Source: a virus
Lineage: Duplodnaviria; Caudoviricetes
Direction: 5' to 3' (one strand)
DNA: 64,000 nt
Virus record (IMG/VR): IMGVR_UViG_3300035497_000279
Span: 32,001 to 96,000 of that record
In this document: positions 56,056 to 64,000 of the stretch, piece by piece
Position numbering within the stretch: the first letter of the stretch is position 1
How the letters are laid out: every line of letters begins with the position of its first letter
The notes under the pieces: model-generated
What the model saw: only the letters and a program-made list of their open reading frames with translations
Told to the model about the DNA's origin: nothing
Databases searched by the model: none
Position numbers and translations under genes: made by a program

Positions 56056-57186
56056 ATGTATATTTATGAGAATAGCAATAACGAAGCTATTAGCAATAAA
56101 GCATTCAATGGGTATATGGTTCAGCAGGAAGATACGGTAAAAGATTTTGATCATACCCAAATCTATAGATCTAAGCAGTTTACTGAAGCTATGGAATATT
56201 TTGATAAGACAGATGACATGACTAGAAAGATTCTTTTATCTGTTAATGAGGCTGATCAGAATGCAGTTTTAACTTCATTATCTAATAAGCTTTATCAGCA
56301 TATTGTAGATAAAGTAGATGATATTGATTTTGGAACTATTCCGTTATCTCGTGGTGATATTACTAAGATTGATAATTATGATCAGTTAGTTGACTGTATT
56401 AATATCATTACTGATATTTTGCAGCATTATAATCAACCTGTAGAACCTACAATTGGAGTTGTTAGTATAGCATTGCAGAATATGATTGATAGGGCTGATC
56501 TATTTACTAAAGCTTATAAACTTGATGTAGAGATGCCTATCATTATCTATAACACAATGGCTTTATCTATTGTAAGTGCAGTATCACTTATGATTTCATC
56601 ATGTATTGAATTCATGAAGCTCCCAGATGATCAGGGATTTGATATTGCTGTAGATAAAGCAGCTCTTGCAAAGACTAAAGATAATTTATTATTCACAGAT
56701 CTTGCCAAATTCAATAAACTTTGTGCGTCTGGTGAATTCGATAAAGCTATGGATTTTGTTATTTCTGGTAATAGTAAGAATTTTGCTGGTGGTGGATTTT
56801 ATTTAGCATATACAGCCAGTTCGGTAGCGGTAAGCCTTGGTTTAATTTTGCTAATTATTCCTGTGATTAGAGAGTTAATCTTCTTCTTCTATTATAGCCG
56901 CACAAAAGTATCAGATTATTTTGATGCTCAGGCTACTCTGTTAACAATGAATGCTTATAATGTAGAGAATTCATTAACTAGAGAAAGTAAGAATAAGAAA
57001 GAAATTGCTAATCGCCAGCGTAAAGTAGCAGATGCATTTAAGAAGATTTCTAATTTTCTTAAAGTTAATTTAAAATCTGCTGAACAGAAGAGTCAGAAAG
57101 ATATTAAAGATCTTGATAGTAAGAAATATAAGCATGATGAAGTGCTTGATATTGTACCAGACTCGTCTAACAGTATTCTTTTTTGA
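56056..57186 (+). CDS. putative virion/head protein with a transmembrane-like segment
   Basis: VNEA motif; hydrophobic SVAVSLGLILLIIPVI. Confidence 0.55.
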   Translation: MYIYENSNNEAISNKAFNGYMVQQEDTVKDFDHTQIYRSKQFTEAMEYFDKTDDMTRKILLSVNEADQNAVLTSLSNKLYQHIVDKVDDIDFGTIPLSRGDITKIDNYDQLVDCINIITDILQHYNQPVEPTIGVVSIALQNMIDRADLFTKAYKLDVEMPIIIYNTMALSIVSAVSLMISSCIEFMKLPDDQGFDIAVDKAALAKTKDNLLFTDLAKFNKLCASGEFDKAMDFVISGNSKNFAGGGFYLAYTASSVAVSLGLILLIIPVIRELIFFFYYSRTKVSDYFDAQATLLTMNAYNVENSLTRESKNKKEIANRQRKVADAFKKISNFLKVNLKSAEQKSQKDIKDLDSKKYKHDEVLDIVPDSSNSILF

Positions 57187-57297
57187 GTTAAATCCTATAA
57201 CATATAATTAAATTATAGGGGTATATTTACCCTATGTAAACTTCGTTCAAAAAAATAAACTATAGAAATATAAAATATTACAAGGAGGAATATTGTT

Positions 57298-58614
57298 ATG
57301 ATTTTTAATAACAACACTACAAGCCTTGGTGGTAACATCCCTATGGCTGAAGGTTATGATTGCTCATACGGAACAGCTCTTGCTCTGGTAGAGAGTGCTC
57401 GTAATGATTATGCTATGTTCAGAGCAATGTTGAATGTTGAATCTAGAGAGCTTCAGATTAGAAATGAATCTGCTGGGTATGTAACTGAGGGCGAAATTAT
57501 GGCTTTAACAGAGGCAACTCTTGGTGGAATTTGGAATAAGATTAAAGAGTTATTCTCTAAGCTTATTGCAAAGATTAAAGCTATTTTCCATACATTCTTA
57601 AGCAAGATTGATTCTCTTTATAAGACAGATAGCCAGATGGTTAAGAAGTACAAGACTGAAATTCTTCGTAAGGGCTCCATTGGTAATCTTGAAGTTAAAT
57701 GGCGTAAAGTAAAAGAAAGCCCTCTTAAAACAATTCAGGGTGATAAACTTACAATTGGTGATACGGATAATTTAGTTGTTTTGGATGATTTATTTAAAAG
57801 CTCAACTACATTAACCACATCTCAGCAGGATCATGCTGTTAATAATTACTGGGCAGAAGATAGTGATGATAGATTTAATAAAATTTTTGGAATGAGTGAA
57901 GATTCTATTGAAGATGATTTGATGGAAGGGTATTTTGATGATGATTCTCCATCCACTTATCAGATTAAAGATAATGAAGTTGGTGGTATTAGAGGCATTA
58001 TTACATACCTTGAGAATTTTGAAAAGTTAAATAAATCAGTTAATAAACACGTAAGTAAAATTACCCAAAAATTAACAAAACTTGTTAATTCTTGTGATAA
58101 AAACGCTAATATCAAAGCAAAAAATAGTAACGATAAGGTATCGACAGATGAAAATGGTAATAAAATAACAATAAAAGGTCAGTATTCAGAAGACGATGTT
58201 GATAAAGCCAATAAAGTGTATGAAATATCAGTAACATATCAAAATGGATATCTTAAAATAATTGGGGTAGTTCTTGAGGCTATTAAAATTGAATATAAGC
58301 AGAATAAGGCTGCTTTTATGAAGGCTATCGCTGCAAATAATGAAAAGCTTAAGAATGAATCTACATTACTTGGTGCCTTTGCTGAGGCTGTAGAGGATGA
58401 GGTTGAGGATGTTATTGATGGTGCTATTAGTAGCGTTGATATCTCTAACACTAACAATGCTTCTACAGATCTTCTTGATGGAAGTGTTTCTAACGATCCT
58501 GATAAGCTTGTTTATGCAGATGATCCTGATTATGACGAAGCAAAGACTGATGGTACTGTTGATAGCAAGTATACCAGTAATGAGTCGGCATTCTTTGCCG
58601 CTCCGTTATACTAA
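57298..58614 (+). CDS. internal head protein (phiKZ IP-like family), paralog 1
   Basis: LTEA then amphipathic KIKELFSKLIAKIKAIFH; late promoter 57199-57211. Confidence 0.65.
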   Translation: MIFNNNTTSLGGNIPMAEGYDCSYGTALALVESARNDYAMFRAMLNVESRELQIRNESAGYVTEGEIMALTEATLGGIWNKIKELFSKLIAKIKAIFHTFLSKIDSLYKTDSQMVKKYKTEILRKGSIGNLEVKWRKVKESPLKTIQGDKLTIGDTDNLVVLDDLFKSSTTLTTSQQDHAVNNYWAEDSDDRFNKIFGMSEDSIEDDLMEGYFDDDSPSTYQIKDNEVGGIRGIITYLENFEKLNKSVNKHVSKITQKLTKLVNSCDKNANIKAKNSNDKVSTDENGNKITIKGQYSEDDVDKANKVYEISVTYQNGYLKIIGVVLEAIKIEYKQNKAAFMKAIAANNEKLKNESTLLGAFAEAVEDEVEDVIDGAISSVDISNTNNASTDLLDGSVSNDPDKLVYADDPDYDEAKTDGTVDSKYTSNESAFFAAPLY

Positions 58615-58634
58615 TTTAAAGGAGGTAAAGATTC

Positions 58635-59777
58635 ATGATTTTTGATGCTGATGGAAGCTCAAGCTATGGAAATGATTCTTATGTAAAAGAGAGTCGCTAT
58701 GAGCTTGGTCTTAAAGGCGCGCTTATGCACGTATATGAAAATGAATGTAATTACAATGCTATGATGAAGTCTATTGGCTTATCAGAGCTTAAGTATTATA
58801 AAGAGACTGGAGAGGATCTGTTCGTTAACGAAGCTGGAGCTTTTTCTGGAATGCTTGATAAAGTTAAGAAGTTCTTTAAAGCTGTTATCGAAAAGATTAA
58901 GAGTATCTTCCATAAGTTTATGGCAAAGATTAATTCTTATACAATGGAAGATAAGAAATTCGTGAAGAAGTATAAAACAGAAATTCTTCGTAAAAATGTA
59001 ACAGATCTTGAATTCACTGGATATGAGAAGTTTAAAGATAAAGTTATTAATATTCCTATTAATAATATAAACTATTATAGTGATACAGATTTACGTACTT
59101 CGGGATCTATTAACAGAGGAGAATTAAATAATAATTATAAATCTACTACTACAGATTTTACTTCTACTACAAATAAAGATAATTATTATGCAAAATATGC
59201 AGATCAGGATGCTGTAAATGATGAGTGCGAGAAAAAAAGAGGGGCAATTTATAATGGTGAGGGCTCAGCAGGTAATATGACTGAAGAGGAATTTAGAGAT
59301 GGACTTAAAGAAACATTGTATGGTGATAAAGAAACTTTCGATGTAACACCTACAATTGTAAGGAATGCACTTACCACTATTGAAAACACTAATGATGCAA
59401 TTAAGAAAGCTAAAAAAGCTCAGGATAATATTACTAAGAATATTGATAATCTTATCAGGAATTTAGATAATTATCAAAAAGAAGTAGATAAGGAATTTAG
59501 TGAAAAAAATAAAAACGGGAAAACTGCTGATAATACTGATATTGCAATGGCAAATAGAAAAACACAGAATATCAGTGACGAAATTACTATCTGGAAGTCT
59601 ATGTCTAATGACTATACTGTAGCGTATGGAATGTATGTTCAGGCTTTGAAGGATGCTAACCGTCAGGCTAAGGCTCTTTGTGTTAAGGTTATTTCTTATA
59701 ACAAGAAGGAGTCTGCTAATTACGAGAGTGCTTCTTATGCAAATGATGACATCTTCTCTGATGTAAAGTTTGTATAA
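58635..59777 (+). CDS. internal head protein, paralog 2
   Basis: VNEA..KVKKFFKAVIEKIKSIFH..VKKYKTEILRK shared with 57298. Confidence 0.65.
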   Translation: MIFDADGSSSYGNDSYVKESRYELGLKGALMHVYENECNYNAMMKSIGLSELKYYKETGEDLFVNEAGAFSGMLDKVKKFFKAVIEKIKSIFHKFMAKINSYTMEDKKFVKKYKTEILRKNVTDLEFTGYEKFKDKVINIPINNINYYSDTDLRTSGSINRGELNNNYKSTTTDFTSTTNKDNYYAKYADQDAVNDECEKKRGAIYNGEGSAGNMTEEEFRDGLKETLYGDKETFDVTPTIVRNALTTIENTNDAIKKAKKAQDNITKNIDNLIRNLDNYQKEVDKEFSEKNKNGKTADNTDIAMANRKTQNISDEITIWKSMSNDYTVAYGMYVQALKDANRQAKALCVKVISYNKKESANYESASYANDDIFSDVKFV

Positions 59778-59809
59778 AGCATAATACTAATCACATAAGT
59801 AGAGATATA

Positions 59810-59838
59810 AAGAGGGTAGGATAATCCCTACCCTCTTA
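59810..59838 (+). terminator. intrinsic terminator
   Basis: AAGAGGGTAGG..CCTACCCTCTT. Confidence 0.75.
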
Positions 59839-59899
59839 ATCTTTTGCATTATTTAAAAATTACATATTAATAAATTATATGATATTGGTGGTGATTAAA

Positions 59900-61222
59900 T
59901 TGATTTTTAATACAAATAAAGTTCCTGTAAATGAAGTATATTTTGGTAAAACTAAATCAATACAGAAAATAGAATCAGCAATAGATCATTTTAGAAATAA
60001 ACATATGAATCAATATATGGTTTATAATGTAAATTCAGATCCTGAACTCATTGCAATAAATCGTATGTTGGAGAAGGAATTTGGATTTGGTACTTTTAGT
60101 TTACATATTGTAAATTGTTCTGTCGCTAATGCTGCAACATATCCGCTAGATATGAGATTTGATGTAAAAACATTTGGCAAAAATGATGAACTTCTTGTAG
60201 ATAAAACGGGTTTTAGATTTAATCCCAAAGCAGATTATGCTTGTTTATTAATTATGTATACTGGATTGATTTTCAGTCCAAATTTCACTACAGAAGAAGT
60301 TATGGCAGCTATATTGCATGAGATTGGTCATAATTTCTATGCATCTATTAATAGAAAGAATGGTGTATTATCAGCAATTTATAAAGTTCTTTTGTTTTAT
60401 GATATGTTTTACTGTTTCATTCACAGTATATATGAAGTACCAGAAGCAATTGAAATTTTACTGCATACTAATAACTCGTTTGAAGCATTGACTCAGAGAT
60501 GTGAAAGATATTTAAGAGAACATGGTAAAATACTTATTGATGTAATTGAAGCTTTTAAATTATTTTGTGATGCATTCTATGAGTTAATGATCAAAGTAAG
60601 CCAATATAGACGTTTAGTTACTTTTAATATTTATTATTTAGTAATTGCTTTAAAAGATACTCTAAATACAGCATTAAATCCATTCACATATATACTTCTT
60701 CCAATTGATTATAGAAATGAGAGGTTAGCAGATAACTTCCCTACAATGTATGGTTATGGTCCAGCATTATCATCATTTGTTACAAAATTAGATTCTGCTG
60801 GAAATAAAAATGATATACTTGTAAATGTTGTAGAGAAAACACCTGTAATTGGTACTCTTTATAATATGGTTGGATTGTCTGCACAAATATTAATAACTGC
60901 GCTTGATGAACATCCAGAGGGTATTTCGAGATGCAAGGATCAGATTGATTTACTTAATAATGAGCTTAAAAAATCTGATATGGATCCTAAGATGCGTAAA
61001 GTTATTAAGTCTGATATTGATCTTATTCAGAGAGAAATTGATAAATCTACCAATATTTCAAAATTTATTATAGATCCAGATTTTGCTCGTCATTTGTATA
61101 ATAGATTATTATATAAACTTACTGGGGCTAGAGAATTTAAGACATTCTTATTAGAAGATAGACATAAGTTTGAAGAATATGATAAGACATTCTATGAGCA
61201 ATTAGATAAATCTAAAGCTTAA
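59900..61222 (+). CDS. zincin (M48-like) HExxH metalloprotease, probably virion-associated
   Basis: EVMAAILHEIGHNF, ERLAD.F..MYGYG, HP...R; TTG 59900 after GGTGGTG RBS gives an MIF start; late promoter 59861-59873. Confidence 0.7.
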   Translation: MIFNTNKVPVNEVYFGKTKSIQKIESAIDHFRNKHMNQYMVYNVNSDPELIAINRMLEKEFGFGTFSLHIVNCSVANAATYPLDMRFDVKTFGKNDELLVDKTGFRFNPKADYACLLIMYTGLIFSPNFTTEEVMAAILHEIGHNFYASINRKNGVLSAIYKVLLFYDMFYCFIHSIYEVPEAIEILLHTNNSFEALTQRCERYLREHGKILIDVIEAFKLFCDAFYELMIKVSQYRRLVTFNIYYLVIALKDTLNTALNPFTYILLPIDYRNERLADNFPTMYGYGPALSSFVTKLDSAGNKNDILVNVVEKTPVIGTLYNMVGLSAQILITALDEHPEGISRCKDQIDLLNNELKKSDMDPKMRKVIKSDIDLIQREIDKSTNISKFIIDPDFARHLYNRLLYKLTGAREFKTFLLEDRHKFEEYDKTFYEQLDKSKA

Positions 61223-61255
61223 GACATTTAATTAAAAATCCAAGGAGGTAGAGTA

Positions 61256-62407
61256 ATGAGCAATGTATATGGGTTAAGCCCAGTTAATACGTTAGCTAAC
61301 GCTTCATATGATGTGTTGCGAATGGATGCTATTGAAGATCCATTAATTAACGTAAATAAGTTAGCTACTATGGACTTTGAAGAGTCTTATTTTGCTATTG
61401 CTGTAGATTACATTAAAGAATCTACTAGAGAATATACTGACTCTAAAATTAAGCTCTATAAAGCTATTTCAGAAGCTACATCTGAAGGTGTAGTTTTAGA
61501 GTCATTTTCAGATTTCTTTACATCTGTAAAGAATATTATTGACAAATTCCTCAAGTGGATAAAATCTTTATTTGAAAGATTTCTGAATACTCTTAATAGT
61601 CTTATTAGTAGTGATAAGTATCTTAATAAGCATAAGAAAGATTTAGATAACTTTAGAAATGTAGATGAATTTACTTTCACTGGGTACAATTATACTTTTA
61701 GTGAGACAATTCCTAAGGCAAGTGCTGCACTGGAATTTAATTCTAGTCTTATTGGAGATGATTTAAAAGCTGCTGCTGGAAATGCACTTACAGTAGAAGA
61801 TGTAAAGAATACTGTAAATGGATTAAATCTTGATGAGGCTTATAATACATTCAGAGCAGAGGTTCTTGGTTATGCTGGTGATAGTATTGATTACTCTGAC
61901 TTTTCTGAAGAGTTATTTAGAGTATATAGAAATGATGAATTAGATACAGAAGAAATTGAAGTCAATTCTTTATATGTACGTAAAGCAAAGGCTAGATTCT
62001 TTGATTATAAGAAAGCTAAGTCTTCTGTAGAAAGACAGCAGAAAGCTGTTAATGAGGCTTATCGTAAAGTAGAGAAGCAAGTTAAAGAATTAACCAGCAA
62101 TAATGGTAATATTAATATTGCTGCATTTATGGCTAAAATGCCAGACAGTGCAGGGTTTAACACTATTGACGTTAAACATACTACTACTCCTAATACAGAT
62201 AATGGCATTCTTACTGCTGAGTTTATGACTCAGATGGATATCTATCTTAATGCTAAGATTGACATGATTCAGGAGTATTCTAATATTCATGCTCTTGCTT
62301 ATAGTGCTAAATTGGATGCTATGAAAGATGCATATAAGCAGGATAAGGCTGTATTATATACTGCATTATCAAAGATTATGCGTACAGATAATGCAAGAAA
62401 GGAGTGA
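61256..62407 (+). CDS. internal head protein, paralog 3
   Basis: VLES..FF..VKNIIDKFLKWIKSLF; late promoter 61223-61235. Confidence 0.6.
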   Translation: MSNVYGLSPVNTLANASYDVLRMDAIEDPLINVNKLATMDFEESYFAIAVDYIKESTREYTDSKIKLYKAISEATSEGVVLESFSDFFTSVKNIIDKFLKWIKSLFERFLNTLNSLISSDKYLNKHKKDLDNFRNVDEFTFTGYNYTFSETIPKASAALEFNSSLIGDDLKAAAGNALTVEDVKNTVNGLNLDEAYNTFRAEVLGYAGDSIDYSDFSEELFRVYRNDELDTEEIEVNSLYVRKAKARFFDYKKAKSSVERQQKAVNEAYRKVEKQVKELTSNNGNINIAAFMAKMPDSAGFNTIDVKHTTTPNTDNGILTAEFMTQMDIYLNAKIDMIQEYSNIHALAYSAKLDAMKDAYKQDKAVLYTALSKIMRTDNARKE

Positions 62408-63783
62408 TCTATATGGTTTTTGAATCAAATGTAGAGAATACATCAAATGAAATTCTTGGAATTCGTAAATCATATTCAGACTATAGCGTATATAGTTCTG
62501 GTGTTGCTACCCATGATTATACATACGAATGCTGTTATGAATCTTATATCCAAAATAAGATTAACAATGAACAGCGTTTAGCATATATGATTAATTCTAC
62601 TCTCGCATTAACCAATGAGTCAGCTATTATGCTTGAAGCCAAGGTTGGAGATAAGATTAAGTCTGGCTGGACTAAGCTTATTGAGTTTATCAAAAAAGTT
62701 GGCGCTAAATTTATGGAGAGTTTATCTAATATCTTACTTAATCAGAAAGACTATCTTGAGAAATATAAAGATATTATTCTGAATAAGAAGCCTAAAGATG
62801 ATCTTAATTTTTCATATACTGGAAATTATGATGAAGCTGCTGATAGACTTGTTAATAAAGAACTTCCAGTGTTTAATTATGCAACACATAAGAAAGCTTT
62901 AGAGGCAGAGGGTGATAAAGAAATCGCAGAGCAAATTATTAATGATAGTGCTAAATTTACTTACGATGAAAATGAAACTCTAGCCGATCAGTTTAAAGTA
63001 TATTTCATGGGCGGAGATGATCAAAAAGAAGGAAAATTCTCAGATCTTAATTTCACCACCATGTATAATTTCTGTTATAATTTTGAGAAAATTAAAGCTT
63101 CAACAGATAAGGATACTAAGCATCTTGAACAGTCTAAAACAGCTATTGATAATGCTATAGATTCTGAATTTAAAAATGCTGGAGTTGCAGAGGCTGCTGC
63201 ATATGGACAGCGTAATAGATCTTATGTACAAGAAGGGCCGAATGATGAAACAAATGCAGAAAAAACTAGCGAAGAGAAGAAGAGTTCAGATAATGATGGC
63301 AATGAGAAGAAAAAAGATGGTGTTACCATAACTAGTACTAAAGATCCTTCAAAAGCTATTAATTCTTATGGTGATAGAAGAAATGATAATCTTACTAAGG
63401 ATCAAGCAAAAGATGCTATAGATGGAGCTGCTAATGATTATAAAGACGAGAAGAATTCAGATGCTATAAATAAAGTTAAAGACATGGTTGATAAATTTAC
63501 TGAAGTATGTAGAACATTTATCACTGCTAAATATACTGCATGTGAAAAGATTTCTCAGCAGATGATGGAAATTATTAGAGCTCATGTACGTTCTTATGGC
63601 GGTAAAGATTTAAAAGATAAATCTACAAACACTGGTAAAAAGGACGGTAAAGAATATAGCAAGGGACAACCACAGCAAACAGAAGAACCTAAGGAAGAAG
63701 AACCTAAGAGAAATAGTGTTACTGCGGAAAGAATTAAGAGCAGATTTCAGAAATCTGGCGAAAATAATAATCAAGAAGATTAA
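62404..63783 (+). CDS. internal head protein, paralog 4 (start likely ATG 62413)
   Basis: TNES..MLEAKVGDKIKSGWTKLIEFIKK..YLEKYKDIILNK. Confidence 0.6.
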   Translation: MIYMVFESNVENTSNEILGIRKSYSDYSVYSSGVATHDYTYECCYESYIQNKINNEQRLAYMINSTLALTNESAIMLEAKVGDKIKSGWTKLIEFIKKVGAKFMESLSNILLNQKDYLEKYKDIILNKKPKDDLNFSYTGNYDEAADRLVNKELPVFNYATHKKALEAEGDKEIAEQIINDSAKFTYDENETLADQFKVYFMGGDDQKEGKFSDLNFTTMYNFCYNFEKIKASTDKDTKHLEQSKTAIDNAIDSEFKNAGVAEAAAYGQRNRSYVQEGPNDETNAEKTSEEKKSSDNDGNEKKKDGVTITSTKDPSKAINSYGDRRNDNLTKDQAKDAIDGAANDYKDEKNSDAINKVKDMVDKFTEVCRTFITAKYTACEKISQQMMEIIRAHVRSYGGKDLKDKSTNTGKKDGKEYSKGQPQQTEEPKEEEPKRNSVTAERIKSRFQKSGENNNQED

Positions 63784-63821
63784 GGCTAAATAAATAATAG
63801 TGACATATATAGAAAATAAAC

Positions 63822-63845
63822 CCCTCTAGGAAATTTCCTAGAGGG
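63822..63845. terminator. bidirectional terminator
   Basis: CCCTCTAGGAAATTTCCTAGAGGG palindrome. Confidence 0.75.
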
Positions 63846-63854
63846 AGTTTTATT

Positions 63855-64000
63855 CTATCCTATCATATGTAAATTAATCATAGATGTCATTATAAATGAT
63901 TCATCTTCTCTACTATAAACTTCACGTTTTCTAGATAATAAATAAGTACCATTAAATTCTTTGTATGCATCAATATGATTTACTGATATTTTCTTATTTA
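63855..64000 (-). CDS. 3' end of a gene entering from the window edge (possibly baseplate hub/tail protein)
   Basis: Open frame ...NKKISVNHIDAYKEFNGTYLLSRKREVYSREDESFIMTSMINLHMIG*. Confidence 0.55.
   Translation of the reverse strand, partial: NKKISVNHIDAYKEFNGTYLLSRKREVYSREDESFIMTSMINLHMIG

Noticed and set aside
1-64000. Alternative genetic code (stop codon reassignment)
   Set aside because: Long genes are intact in code 11, and TGA/TAG end genes at coupled junctions or before terminators; only one internal TGA (2787) was seen

Overview
AT-rich, densely coding window that reads as part of a jumbo myophage genome, most like the AR9/PBS1/phiR1-37 group. The host is probably a Firmicute, based on strong AGGAGG Shine-Dalgarno sites and cell-wall enzymes (CHAP, SH3b). 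All calls come from reading motifs by eye; no database search was run. Layout: (1) 1-2.6 kb, minus-strand baseplate hub genes (gp25-like, gp26-like, small gp51-like ORF probably reached by -1 frameshift); (2) 2.7-33 kb, accessory region of promoter-gene-terminator cassettes and tandem paralogs, with a Crn4-like ring nuclease, dNMP kinase, sigma4/alpha-CTD fusion, PC4-like protein and three large multi-domain late proteins; (3) 33.8-64 kb, structural module with an HU-like protein, a 3771-aa tape-measure/lysin (C39, GH24, CHAP), RusA, baseplate wedge, tail-tube-like protein and a family of internal head proteins. Two phage promoter classes are visible: early-type TATATATTATA-like and late-type xAC(A/T)-N6-TAA. 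Best candidates for novelty: (a) late polyproteins made of unrelated enzyme modules joined by hydrophobic-x-E|S/A linkers that look like prohead-protease sites, suggesting a capsid-packaged effector cargo system; (b) small RNA elements antisense to translation-initiation regions, one a stand-alone sRNA and one a 3' UTR matching an ATP-cone-type start; (c) a fold-back, translation-locked early mRNA inside the late region.
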